Positions 35,984 through 45,190 of a DNA stretch of 64,000 bases are shown piece by piece. Where the stretch lies: assembly GCA_050949505.1 (NCBI GenBank), contig JBMNFV010000001.1:509644-573643 (forward strand), read 5' to 3'. The notes beneath the pieces were generated by a model that was not told the origin of the DNA, searched no databases, and worked only from the letters and a program-made list of their open reading frames with translations. The first letter of the stretch is position 1; every line of letters starts with the position of its first letter. The stretch is from Patescibacteria group bacterium (GTDB taxonomy: Bacteria > Patescibacteriota > Patescibacteriia > Patescibacteriales > UBA12465). Both the position numbers and the translations under genes were made by a program.

Positions 35984-37708
35984 TTAATCCATACTATCTC
36001 GCCGCTCTCTAACATACTTAGTCCAATCATCGGCGATCTCCACTAAAATCTTAAACGGCGCTTCTAAGATAAAGTCAAAAATGAAAATAAAAATATTAAT
36101 TTTAGAGAAACTATTGGACAGCCACTTTCCAGCCATAATAATAGGCATGTAGAATAGATCAACTAAAAAGGTTAACAAATTTTCCCGTCGATCAATTATA
36201 ATCAAATCTTTCACTCCCTTAGTAACTACGATACTAAAGAAACTAACAAAGGCCAAGAAAAATAGGAAGATAATGACGCTTACCCAATTAAAGTTGATCA
36301 AATATAGTACTCGTGTAATTAAATAGACAGAAAAGACGAAAGAAGCGAAATAAAGTAGACCAAAGAAAACTGATAAAACCATATTACGCTTAGCTGGTTT
36401 TCGCAAGATAATTGGTGTTTTTCGAGCCTGACCGGCAAAGGAAATTTCCTTAATTCCCTTAACTATTTTATCGGTATTATTATCCTTGGGCAATCTAATT
36501 AACAAAACCATGAAGAATAGTAGTACGGCGGGAAAAGAAATATTAATTGCTAGCGCCAAAGCATTAACTGACTCGCCAAACCAAGCTACCGCTGGTAGTT
36601 CTATAGCTACTACAAAAATAGATTTAGTGAGAAATATATAAATAATACTTCTAATCGCGGCTCGCCAGAGACGACTTTTAGCTTTTTTGTATTTAGACTG
36701 ACAAGTCTTACGGAGATTGGCAATAAAATCCTGGTCACCAGTTTGCAAGTCTTGATATAGTTTAGCTGGGTCATTTTCAATAGTTTCTGCTAAAACTGTA
36801 TAATACAAAGAATATACTCTAGTAATTTTATCCAGCTGTCTCCTTAGAGGATGCTTTAGCTGCTCCTTTATCTGATCATTAAGTTCTATTATCTGACTAG
36901 CCACTAAATTTATTTTCCCTTGCTCTTCCTCATTTAAACCGGACTCTTGGCCAATTTCCAGCCAACCAGCATTATAATACTTAAACAAAACAAAGCTAAG
37001 CAAGTCTTCATCTGATTTTAGATAAGTTCTGCCAATGCTTAAATAAATTTGAATTGCCAGATCTTGACGATAAGGTAGGCCAGTAGAAAGTTCAATATTT
37101 TTAGATAAAACCTCAAATAAATTATTAACAATTACTTGCTTAACCTTATTAGGCGATAAATTTTCTTCTATCTCACAAGCGGCTAAGACTAAAAGCCAAT
37201 TGTTAATCTTGTTCTTTTTATTAATCAAGTCCCGAGCCGTTGCTAAATCAGCTTTAAATGACAAGGTTGGCGACAAGTTCTCAGAAACTTGGTCTCGTAA
37301 ATATATATATTTTTCTAAAATAGTTTCAATCTCTCCTATTTTAGCTTCGGGAATCTGATTATTAGGCAAATAACTACCCCTGATTAATTCTGTTAATAGG
37401 TGAGTGGCTAGCTGTTCACTGCTAGCTTCCTTGATTACCCCTTCAATCATTATCTGCCGTCGCAGAATACGAGCAATTGCATTTTTTCTCAGCCGATGGT
37501 CCTCGTCATAGTCAACCGCATTACGAACTTTTTCATAAATAAAAGCTAAGCGAGAGACTAGATTAGAAACTTTAATTTTTGGAGCATCATCAGTCACTTC
37601 TGCCTTGTTTTGCTCACTATAAATTACCTGAAAAAGCCTTTTGGCACTATCAGTTAATTCCACTGCTTCTGCTACCTTCTTTCTTTTGATTAAATTTGGA
37701 CTAACCAT
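35984..37708 (-). CDS. hypothetical polytopic membrane protein
   Basis: Long ORF with a soluble N-terminal half and about 6 TM segments in the C-terminal half. The ATG at 37708 is preferred because the track's TTG at 37765 is the -35 hexamer of a promoter. Confidence 0.75.
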   Translation of the reverse strand: MVSPNLIKRKKVAEAVELTDSAKRLFQVIYSEQNKAEVTDDAPKIKVSNLVSRLAFIYEKVRNAVDYDEDHRLRKNAIARILRRQIMIEGVIKEASSEQLATHLLTELIRGSYLPNNQIPEAKIGEIETILEKYIYLRDQVSENLSPTLSFKADLATARDLINKKNKINNWLLVLAACEIEENLSPNKVKQVIVNNLFEVLSKNIELSTGLPYRQDLAIQIYLSIGRTYLKSDEDLLSFVLFKYYNAGWLEIGQESGLNEEEQGKINLVASQIIELNDQIKEQLKHPLRRQLDKITRVYSLYYTVLAETIENDPAKLYQDLQTGDQDFIANLRKTCQSKYKKAKSRLWRAAIRSIIYIFLTKSIFVVAIELPAVAWFGESVNALALAINISFPAVLLFFMVLLIRLPKDNNTDKIVKGIKEISFAGQARKTPIILRKPAKRNMVLSVFFGLLYFASFVFSVYLITRVLYLINFNWVSVIIFLFFLAFVSFFSIVVTKGVKDLIIIDRRENLLTFLVDLFYMPIIMAGKWLSNSFSKINIFIFIFDFILEAPFKILVEIADDWTKYVRERRDSMD

Positions 37709-37736
37709 AATAATTTTTATCTTAAATGCTACGGCT

Positions 37737-37765
37737 ATTATAGTCTTTTTTTTTAAAAAAAGCAA
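37737..37765 (-). promoter_or_regulatory. sigma70-type promoter for 35984-37708
   Basis: Minus-strand TTGCTT (37765-37760), 17-nt spacer, TATAAT (37742-37737). Confidence 0.55.
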
Positions 37766-37891
37766 TCTTTATTTAGAGACTATTTGCTTCCTTATTAACC
37801 TTTATTTACTAAAAATTATAAGTAATCTTAGCCTAATCTAACTGATTTAAGCTAAGATAGTCTCCTCTAATCGGCTCTTAGACCATCCTGC

Positions 37892-37920
37892 TTGACAAGG
37901 CTTGGCTAATTTTGTATGAT
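37892..37920 (+). promoter_or_regulatory. sigma70-type promoter for secE-nusG-rplK-rplA
   Basis: TTGACA 37892-37897, 17-nt spacer, TATGAT 37915-37920. Confidence 0.6.
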
Positions 37921-37965
37921 AAAGACAGATTAAGTTATGACCGTGAGGTCATTTTTAGATACTTT

Positions 37966-38151
37966 ATGAACAAACTATCAAACTATCTTAAGGAGTCCGT
38001 TCTAGAAATGAAAAAGGTCACTTGGCCTAGCAAAAAAGAGACTAGAAGCTATACTTTTTTAGTGATCACTATTAGTTTAGCGACTATGATCTTTTTGGGT
38101 CTATGGGACTTTGTTTTTATGTCTGCTTTTCAATATTTAGTGGTTCGCTAA
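37966..38151 (+). CDS. secE: preprotein translocase subunit SecE
   Basis: MNKLSNYLKESVLEMKKVTWPSKKETRSYTFLVITISLATMIFLGLWDFVF, and nusG follows. The track start at 37912 lies inside the -10 element. Confidence 0.85.
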   Translation: MNKLSNYLKESVLEMKKVTWPSKKETRSYTFLVITISLATMIFLGLWDFVFMSAFQYLVVR

Positions 38152-38225
38152 TTATAAGCTTTATTTACCTACCTAGCGTTAAGCTTAATTTTTTAAGATT
38201 AACCGTTAGTTAACTTTTTATTATT

Positions 38226-38771
38226 ATGGCCAAACAGCTACTTAACCAAGGACGACGTTGGTATGTAATTCACACCTACTCTGGCTATGAGGAAAATGTC
38301 GCCCAAAACTTAAAACAACGCGTGGAGTCTTTGGATATGGAAGATAAAATCTTTAGTGTATTGATTCCCACGGAAAAAAAGATTAAAATCAAAAACGGCA
38401 AACGCCGCGTCACTGAAGATAAGATTTTCCCTGGCTATATTTTAGTAGAAATGATAGTTACTGACGAATCCTGGTATATTGTTAGAAATACTCCCAATGT
38501 TACTGGCTTTATTGGCACTGGCACCATCCCTACCCCCATAGGCGAGGAGGAGGTTAAGGCTCTACAAAAAAGAATGGGCGTAGAAGATCCTAAGTTCCAA
38601 ATTGACGTTGTGGTTGGTAGTCCGGTTAAGATCAATGAGGGTCCCTTCAAGGACATGGAAGGTAAAGTCACCGCCATAGACGAGGCCCGAGGTAAGGTTA
38701 AGGTGTCAGTTTCTCTCTTTGGTCGAGAAACTCCCGTTGAGTTAGATTTCTTACAAATTCAAAAAGGTTAA
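38226..38771 (+). CDS. nusG: transcription termination/antitermination protein NusG
   Basis: RWYVIHTYSGYEENV..., with a C-terminal KOW motif (GSPVKINEGPFKDMEGKV). Confidence 0.93.
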   Translation: MAKQLLNQGRRWYVIHTYSGYEENVAQNLKQRVESLDMEDKIFSVLIPTEKKIKIKNGKRRVTEDKIFPGYILVEMIVTDESWYIVRNTPNVTGFIGTGTIPTPIGEEEVKALQKRMGVEDPKFQIDVVVGSPVKINEGPFKDMEGKVTAIDEARGKVKVSVSLFGRETPVELDFLQIQKG

Positions 38772-38817
38772 CGAATATTATTAGGAGTGATGCTTCTGCA
38801 CTCAGTTTAAAAATTAT

Positions 38818-39240
38818 ATGGCTAAAAAAATAAAAACTATCTTAAAATTACAAATTGCTGGCGGACAAGCTAATCCCGCTCCTCCCGTAGGTCCCGCTTT
38901 AGGGCAACATGGTCTAAATATTGCTGAATTCTGCAAAGAATTTAATGACAAGACTAAGGATAAAATGGGTGACTTAATTCCAGTTGAGATCTCTATTTAC
39001 GAAGATCGCAGCTACTCCTTCATTACCAAGACCTCCCCTGCTGCCGAGATGATTAAAAAGGCCGCTAAAATTAAAAAGGGTTCTAGCAAACCTTTAACTG
39101 AAAAAATTGGCTCTATCACTCAAGCTCAACTAGAGGAAATAGCTAATAATAAAATGCCTGATTTAAGCGCTCATGACCTTGAGGCGGCTAAAAAAATCAT
39201 TGCTGGCACCGCTAGGCAAATGGGTGTGGATATTAAATAA
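38818..39240 (+). CDS. rplK: 50S ribosomal protein L11
   Basis: [33 protein letters not shown]. Confidence 0.95.
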   Translation: MAKKIKTILKLQIAGGQANPAPPVGPALGQHGLNIAEFCKEFNDKTKDKMGDLIPVEISIYEDRSYSFITKTSPAAEMIKKAAKIKKGSSKPLTEKIGSITQAQLEEIANNKMPDLSAHDLEAAKKIIAGTARQMGVDIK

Positions 39241-39296
39241 TTATTAATCTTTGTGGGAGTTAACTTAAGTTAACGAATAACCACGAAAATAACTAT

Positions 39297-39998
39297 ATGA
39301 ACAAACCTACTATCAAAAAACCAACTACTAAGAAAAAGTCAGACTATTCTGAGCTTTATGACAAATTAGTCGCCTACCCTCTGCCCGAGGCTCTGGCTTT
39401 AGTCAGAAAGATGAACAAAACTAAGTTTGATGCCTCACTAGAAGTCCACTTTCGCTTAGGGATTGATAATAAAAAGAGTGACCAGCAAGTCAGAGGCGCG
39501 GTTAGCCTCCCTCATGGCACCGGTAAAGAAATTAAAATAGCCGCCTTTGTTTCTCCTGAAAATGAAGCAGAAGTAAAAAAAGCTGGCGCTGATTACGTTG
39601 GTGGCGAAGAATTAATTGCGGAAATTAAGAAAACAGAAAAAACCGATTTTCAGGTAGCCGTCGCTGAACCTGCTCTAATGAAAAACCTAGCCATGATTGC
39701 TAAAATTTTAGGCACCCGTGGACTGATGCCTTCCCCTAAGAATGAAACCGTTACCACTGACCCAGCTAAGACAGTGGCTGAACTAAAGAAGGGTAAAATT
39801 AGCTTTAAGAACGATGACACCGCTAACATTCATGCCGTGATTGGTAAGTTAAGCTTTAGTGATGATAAGTTAATTGAAAACTATCAAGTACTCTTAGATA
39901 CCATTCTACGCGCTAAACCAACTGCCGCTAAGGGTACCTATCTCCGCAATATCAGCATCTCCTCATCAATGAGCCCTGGAGTTAAGGTTAGCTTCTAG
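39297..39998 (+). CDS. rplA: 50S ribosomal protein L1
   Basis: KFDASLEVHFRLGIDNKKSDQQVRGAVSLPHGTGK... Confidence 0.93.
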   Translation: MNKPTIKKPTTKKKSDYSELYDKLVAYPLPEALALVRKMNKTKFDASLEVHFRLGIDNKKSDQQVRGAVSLPHGTGKEIKIAAFVSPENEAEVKKAGADYVGGEELIAEIKKTEKTDFQVAVAEPALMKNLAMIAKILGTRGLMPSPKNETVTTDPAKTVAELKKGKISFKNDDTANIHAVIGKLSFSDDKLIENYQVLLDTILRAKPTAAKGTYLRNISISSSMSPGVKVSF

Positions 39999-40022
39999 CA
40001 ATCACTCCTAGACTATTTTAAT

Positions 40023-40056
40023 AAAAGAACCCCAGATTAACTATCTGGGGTTTTTG
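40023..40056. terminator. bidirectional intrinsic terminator
   Basis: ccccagat(40030-40037) / atctgggg(40043-40050) followed by T5, with an A-run upstream. Confidence 0.75.
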
Positions 40057-40066
40057 TTATACTACC

Positions 40067-43000
40067 TTACTCTTCTAGGTCAAGTTCCAGATACTCAGCT
40101 GGCTGACCATACCAATTAGGTATTTCTTCCTTAACTATAAAGCCGGATCGTTTTAGGGCGGTGTTAAGTCGCGGGTTAATGCCATGAAGACTGATCTTTT
40201 TGTAGCCTAGTTTCTTTGCCTTCTCCTTTAACTGATTAAGGGTTCTAAAGGGGTCCACTTTACCAGCGATTGAATCAACGTATAAGGTAGCTTCATCTTT
40301 ATCATAATTATGATCAGGAACTTCTAGCAGGTTAGCGCTATAGGCAGACAGATAACCCACCGCCTTGTTTTTTTCAGTAAAGAGAAAAGATATGGCTCTT
40401 GCTTGACTCATATTATTTAAAATATCTTCAATATCTTCGTTTAAGCCTTTATCACCAAAGATGCTATCCTCTATTTCCTCTATCTGTTGAGCCATAGCTT
40501 CTAAAGAAGAATTATGCTGAGCGGTTAAAGTCGCAAAACCTGTTTCTGTATTAGGGTACTCTTCTTGAACTCCTCGTTCTAGATCGTAAGTAATCACTAG
40601 TCCTTCTTGAGTTAAGCTCTCTTTCTTTTCTGGTGTCTTCTTATCTTCTCGCTGGTCCCAAATCTTGCCTAACTCTTGATGGTTAAAGGCTTCTAAATAA
40701 TAGCGGCCAGAACGATTAGCGATGTTAGCGGTGTACTTAGATAGATAGCCAGAAATAGTATCAACCTGAGGAACTCTCATCCGATTATCTTTGCTCCAAT
40801 TTTTCCAATCAATATCATTGGTTCCCACTAGCCCTAAGCCAGCTCCAGCTAGACCAACTTCTTTGGCATAATCTTTAGCAAATTGGAATAGATTATCTCT
40901 GAGACTATTATTGATATGCGGGTCTTTGGTATAGTTATTATTTAACTCAATATTATCAAGAACTAGAATTGGCTCACCATCGGAGTTCTTAGAAACAAAG
41001 ATCCAGGTATTACCAATAGGATCTCGCTTCCCTTCTTCTAAGATTTCAATCACATTAATACCGGTGTCGGCTAGGTACTGCATAACCGTGGAGGGGTCAT
41101 GGGTAGTTAGTCCACCACCAACTGGGGCATCTTTTACACCAACGGCAATACAACACTGAGAATAGTTGCCTTGAAAGAGATCTTTCTTAGGGTCTCTATC
41201 CCAAAGCTTAACTCTAAAACCTCGTTCTCTTTGTTCAGTTTCTTTAAAGTTAGGCTTATTCATATCTACTACCGCTTCTTCTAGATGGCCAAGATATTCA
41301 TAAACTGTGGGCCATTCTGGAAAATTACTATACTCTTCTTTATTCTGTAAATTATTTATTCTTTCTTTTAGATTGTTAAACTGCTCCTGTAACTGATTAG
41401 AACTATTTAATCCCTTTTTGTCTTTACCTTCTAGTATGTGTAATAGTGGTTGATATTCTCTAGAGCTTAGTTTGTCTTTTAGAGGAGCTAAGGCATTGAT
41501 AACATCCGTCACTCTGGCACTTAATATTGATTGGTAATGTTCTTTTCTATCTATCTCTACCTCAGTTGAGACTAGAAAGTCTTGGGTTGCTTCATATTTT
41601 AGCCACTTAGCAAAATCAATACCGTTATCGGTAAATATTTCTTTAACCTTACTATTGTGTAAAGCGACATCTTGTCCCACTTCATCATCTTGATTAGTAT
41701 CAAAAAGAAAATTGTCAAACTCATTTTTAAAGCTGGCTTTTAGAAGGGACCTGTATAGCTCTCTGGCGTTATCCATACCTCTGCTTTCTAACATTTGATC
41801 ATTGGAGACTAAGTTGGGAAGATATTCTGTCTTCCAATCTTCTCTTTTAGTTTTTATTTCATCCTCTGACACGCCTACTTCTTCAGCGATAAAGGCGAGT
41901 AGCTGTTGACTAGCTTGCTCATTGAGGTTGGGACTATTCTCAGCTACTAATTGAGAGAGGGTCTCTATTTTATCACTCTTTTGATAAGCATTAACTATTT
42001 CTAAAAAGGTGCCTAGTTCATGAGGATGGGAGAAGGAGTTATTATCCAGAGCTGCTTGAATCAGCTCTCTATTTCTTGTTTGATCAAAAATGTTTTTGTA
42101 AAGCTCTAGGTAGCCATTAAACTTGGGAAGTCCTTCGTTAATGTGTTCTTTAATGAGTCCGAGTATTAAAGGACTTTCTAAAGATAGCATCTGAGCAATG
42201 GTGATACTATTAGCAGCAAAGAAAGCTTCCGGTTCTCTAACTTTTTTAGATTCTTCTTGTATCCCCTCATTAACTGAAACTCCTAGAGATACTAGAGATT
42301 GATAAGTAGGATAAATACCATTTTTCTTGTTTATGTCTTCTAATGATTTATTATTAAATAGTGATAGCCTAATAGATTCTTGTAAGAAGGACTGATCTTC
42401 TTCTCTCTGCTCTTTTATATATGATTTAATAGATTTAGCGGTGGGATTATTGAAGTTTAAGATATTTGCCTTTTGCATAACTTGAAGTATCTTAGCGTAA
42501 TCGCTCCACCAGCCATTATCAGCACTGCCCTTTAGCCCTACCCTTGCTTCTTCTTCTGTGATATCTAAACCTACCTTTGACATGACTTGAAGTATGCTAG
42601 CGTAACCGTTCCACCAGCCATCATTAGCGCTGCCCTTTAATCCTGCCCTTGCTTCTTTTGTGATATCTAGACCTGCCTCTGACATGGTTTTAAGTATGCT
42701 AGCGTAACTGTCCCACCTGTCCTCATTAACACTACTACTTAACCCTCTCCTTGCTTCTTCTGTAACACTTAAACCTGCCTCTGACATGATTTGAAGTATC
42801 TTAGCGTAATCGCTCCACCAGCCCTTATCAGCACTGCCCTTTAGTCCTACCCTTGCCTCTTCTTCTGTAACACTTAAACCTGCCTCTGACATGATTTGAA
42901 GTATCTTAGCGTAATTGCTCCACCAGCCCTTATCAGCACTGCCTTTTAATCCTGCCCTTGCCCCTTCTTCTGTAACACTTAAACCTGCCTCTGGCATGGT

Positions 43001-43897
43001 TTGAAGTATGCTAGCGTAATTGCTCCACCTGCCCTTATCAGCACTATTCTTTAGTCCTGCCTCTGCTTCTTTTGTGATATCTAGACCTACCTTTGACATG
43101 GTTTGAAGTATGCTAGCGTAATCGCTCCACCAGTCCTTATCAGCACTGCCCTTTAATCCTGCCCTTGCCTCTTCTTCTGTAATGCCTAAACCTGCCTCTG
43201 ACATGGTTTGAAGTATTCTAGCGTAACTGTCCCACAAGCCCTTATCAGCACTGCCCTTTAATCCTACCCTTGCCTCTTCTTCTGTAACACTTAAACCTGC
43301 CTCTGACATGGTTTGAAGTATGCTAGCGTAATTGCTCCACCTGCCCTTATCAGCACTATTCTTTAGTCCTGCCTCTGCTTCTTTTGTGATATCTAGACCT
43401 ATCTCTGATATGGTTTGAAGTATGTTAGCGTAATCGTTCCACCAGCCCTTATCAGCACTGCCCTTTAGTCCTGCCTTTGCCTCTTCTTCTGTAACACTTA
43501 AACCTGCCTCTGGCATGGTTTGAAGTATCTTAGTGTAATCGTCCCACTTATTCTTAGCGGCATTATCTTTTAAATTTTTATCTAAACAAAGCTCTATATC
43601 AATAACTTGGGCAATATTTCTTTTTTCTTGTAAGGCTTCTCGTTCTAGTTTTTTTAGTGCTTCTGAGTCTTCTGAGTTTTTATTATAATAATCAAGAGCT
43701 TCAAAGAAGATTTTACTACTCACATCTTCCATTTTTCTTTTATCTAATAGTTCTCCGTCAAAATTCCATTTGTGAGGCTTAAGGTCTTGGCCATACTTTA
43801 GTTCTAAGTCTGCTGGGATAAACCTTTTAAGAAACTCTCGCTTAGTTTTCTTTTTTTCTATTCTTTGTCTAATATTTAAATTAAATCCTTTTTCCAT
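40067..43897 (-). CDS. giant multidomain protein: ~11 tandem 34/35-aa helical repeats, unknown central Cys-containing domain, GNAT-like C-terminal domain
   Basis: 1276-aa uninterrupted ORF. Repeats occupy aa ~104-480. The central motif is LWDRDPKKDLFQGNYSQCCIAVG. The C-terminal ~150 aa looks like a GNAT fold (AVGYLSAYS...LYVDSIAG...KLGYKKISLHGINPRLNTALKRSGF). No signal peptide. Confidence 0.85.
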   Translation of the reverse strand: MEKGFNLNIRQRIEKKKTKREFLKRFIPADLELKYGQDLKPHKWNFDGELLDKRKMEDVSSKIFFEALDYYNKNSEDSEALKKLEREALQEKRNIAQVIDIELCLDKNLKDNAAKNKWDDYTKILQTMPEAGLSVTEEEAKAGLKGSADKGWWNDYANILQTISEIGLDITKEAEAGLKNSADKGRWSNYASILQTMSEAGLSVTEEEARVGLKGSADKGLWDSYARILQTMSEAGLGITEEEARAGLKGSADKDWWSDYASILQTMSKVGLDITKEAEAGLKNSADKGRWSNYASILQTMPEAGLSVTEEGARAGLKGSADKGWWSNYAKILQIMSEAGLSVTEEEARVGLKGSADKGWWSDYAKILQIMSEAGLSVTEEARRGLSSSVNEDRWDSYASILKTMSEAGLDITKEARAGLKGSANDGWWNGYASILQVMSKVGLDITEEEARVGLKGSADNGWWSDYAKILQVMQKANILNFNNPTAKSIKSYIKEQREEDQSFLQESIRLSLFNNKSLEDINKKNGIYPTYQSLVSLGVSVNEGIQEESKKVREPEAFFAANSITIAQMLSLESPLILGLIKEHINEGLPKFNGYLELYKNIFDQTRNRELIQAALDNNSFSHPHELGTFLEIVNAYQKSDKIETLSQLVAENSPNLNEQASQQLLAFIAEEVGVSEDEIKTKREDWKTEYLPNLVSNDQMLESRGMDNARELYRSLLKASFKNEFDNFLFDTNQDDEVGQDVALHNSKVKEIFTDNGIDFAKWLKYEATQDFLVSTEVEIDRKEHYQSILSARVTDVINALAPLKDKLSSREYQPLLHILEGKDKKGLNSSNQLQEQFNNLKERINNLQNKEEYSNFPEWPTVYEYLGHLEEAVVDMNKPNFKETEQRERGFRVKLWDRDPKKDLFQGNYSQCCIAVGVKDAPVGGGLTTHDPSTVMQYLADTGINVIEILEEGKRDPIGNTWIFVSKNSDGEPILVLDNIELNNNYTKDPHINNSLRDNLFQFAKDYAKEVGLAGAGLGLVGTNDIDWKNWSKDNRMRVPQVDTISGYLSKYTANIANRSGRYYLEAFNHQELGKIWDQREDKKTPEKKESLTQEGLVITYDLERGVQEEYPNTETGFATLTAQHNSSLEAMAQQIEEIEDSIFGDKGLNEDIEDILNNMSQARAISFLFTEKNKAVGYLSAYSANLLEVPDHNYDKDEATLYVDSIAGKVDPFRTLNQLKEKAKKLGYKKISLHGINPRLNTALKRSGFIVKEEIPNWYGQPAEYLELDLEE
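42460..43590 (-). repeat. tandem coding repeat, unit 102/105 bp, about 11 copies
   Basis: Consensus unit GLKGSADKGWWSDYAKILQTMSEAGLSVTEEEARA. It includes a 94-nt perfect duplicate (42995-43088 = 43307-43400). Confidence 0.9.
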
Positions 43898-44047
43898 ATT
43901 GTTTATTAACTATAATTTAATATTATGTTTATTATATAATAAAAAAGTCTATTAAGGAAGCTAATATTTTTTATCAGAAATTTTAGTCATTGACTTTTTT
44001 CTAGCAATGTAGTAGGGTTTAGTTAGGTAAGCTATTTTAAAAGTAAG

Positions 44048-44073
44048 AGCGGCCCCAGGACCGCTTTTTGTTT
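44048..44073 (+). terminator. terminator-like hairpin in the leader of the RRM gene (possible attenuator or end of a short transcript)
   Basis: agcgg(44048-44052) / ccgct(44061-44065) followed by TTTTTGTTT. A weak TTGACT (43990-43995) lies upstream. No plus-strand gene precedes it. Confidence 0.35.
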
Positions 44074-44120
44074 AAAAGGGGTCGTCTTGCTTATTAATAA
44101 AGTTATTGAGAAAAGTAATC

Positions 44121-44378
44121 ATGAAAAAATTATTTGTTGGCGGATTAAACTTTAAAACTACTGACCAAGAATTAGCTGAGGCTTTTTCTAAGGCAGGAAC
44201 CGTTGTTTCTGCGGTAGTTATCATGGACCGCCTAACTAATCGCTCTAAGGGATTTGGTTTCGTAGAAATGGAAGATGAGGCTGCGGCTGATGCAGCTATC
44301 GCCATGTATCACGAAAAGGAATTAGATGGTCGCCGCGTTGTTGTAAACGAGGCTCGTCCTTTGGAAAAGCGCTTCTAA
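44121..44378 (+). CDS. RRM-type RNA-binding protein
   Basis: RNP2 motif LFVGGL and RNP1 motif KGFGFVEM. The ATG at 44121 is preferred to the TTG at 44106. Confidence 0.88.
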   Translation: MKKLFVGGLNFKTTDQELAEAFSKAGTVVSAVVIMDRLTNRSKGFGFVEMEDEAAADAAIAMYHEKELDGRRVVVNEARPLEKRF

Positions 44379-44395
44379 ATTTGTTAGAATTTAAA

Positions 44396-44432
44396 CAAAA
44401 ACCTCCACTAATTTTGGTGGAGGTTTTTGTTA
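44396..44432. terminator. intrinsic terminator
   Basis: acctccac(44401-44408) / gtggaggt(44417-44424) followed by TTTTGTT, with an A-run upstream. Confidence 0.7.
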
Positions 44433-44443
44433 TTTGTCAAAAT

Positions 44444-45181
44444 CTATTTTAATAATTCTATGCTACTTATCACTATTGGTTCTACTGGTCTATCACTAAC
44501 ATCAGTCTCACTGGTCCCAATAGCTTTAACTACCTCTAGTCCAGAAACCACTTCTCCGAAGTTGGTATGAGCGCCATCTAACCAAGGCGTACTAGGGGCG
44601 GTGACTATAAAGAATTGTGAGCCATTGGTGTTTGGCCCGGCATTAGCCATAGCTAAACTACCTTCCACTAGCGGGTGGTGGTTAAATTCATCGGCAAAAC
44701 GATACTCGGGACCACCAGTCCCCCAGTAGCTGAGATTGGCATCATCCTTTGAAAGCGGGTCACCCCCTTGGATCATAAAGTCCTTAATCACCCGATGGAA
44801 CTTGGTGTTATTGTAAAAACCTTGCTGGGCTAAATAAAGGAAGTTATTAACGGTAATTGGTGATTCCGCCGCATATAACTTCACTTGAATATCTCCTAGA
44901 TTAGTTTTGAGGACTGCCTGGGAGTACTCGTTAAGTAAGTTGGGTTGCTCCTGGGGAGCAAGAATATTGCTAGTCATATTGCTTGATTGATTAATATTAT
45001 TTTCTCTAACTTTTTCTCCCTCGGTTTCAGAGATATTGGAATAATCTTCCTCAATTATCTCTAATTCCTCTTGAGTATTAACTAAAGAGTCATTTAAAGG
45101 CTCTTCTTCTGCCTGACGACTGCAAGCTGTCAGACTAAAAACTAGGGCTACCGCTAGGGTGCTAATTATTATTTTTCGCAT
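44444..45181 (-). CDS. cyclophilin-type peptidyl-prolyl isomerase, lipoprotein
   Basis: Lipobox LTAC. HRVIKDFMIQGGDP and NTNGSQFFI cyclophilin motifs. Confidence 0.88.
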   Translation of the reverse strand: MRKIIISTLAVALVFSLTACSRQAEEEPLNDSLVNTQEELEIIEEDYSNISETEGEKVRENNINQSSNMTSNILAPQEQPNLLNEYSQAVLKTNLGDIQVKLYAAESPITVNNFLYLAQQGFYNNTKFHRVIKDFMIQGGDPLSKDDANLSYWGTGGPEYRFADEFNHHPLVEGSLAMANAGPNTNGSQFFIVTAPSTPWLDGAHTNFGEVVSGLEVVKAIGTSETDVSDRPVEPIVISSIELLK

Positions 45182-45190
45182 ACTTTGTTA

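Noticed and set aside
38772-39296. L1-binding autoregulatory leader upstream of rplK or rplA
   Set aside because: Small hairpins exist (gagtg...cactc at ~38786-38805; the gttaac...gttaac palindrome at ~39261-39276). I could not match them to the 23S-mimic L1 binding motif with any confidence.
42460-43590. Regular ~105-bp DNA periodicity considered as a possible CRISPR or satellite array
   Set aside because: There are no unique spacers. The periodicity is in-frame inside one uninterrupted 1276-codon ORF, and the units are 34/35 codons long. It is a coding tandem repeat.
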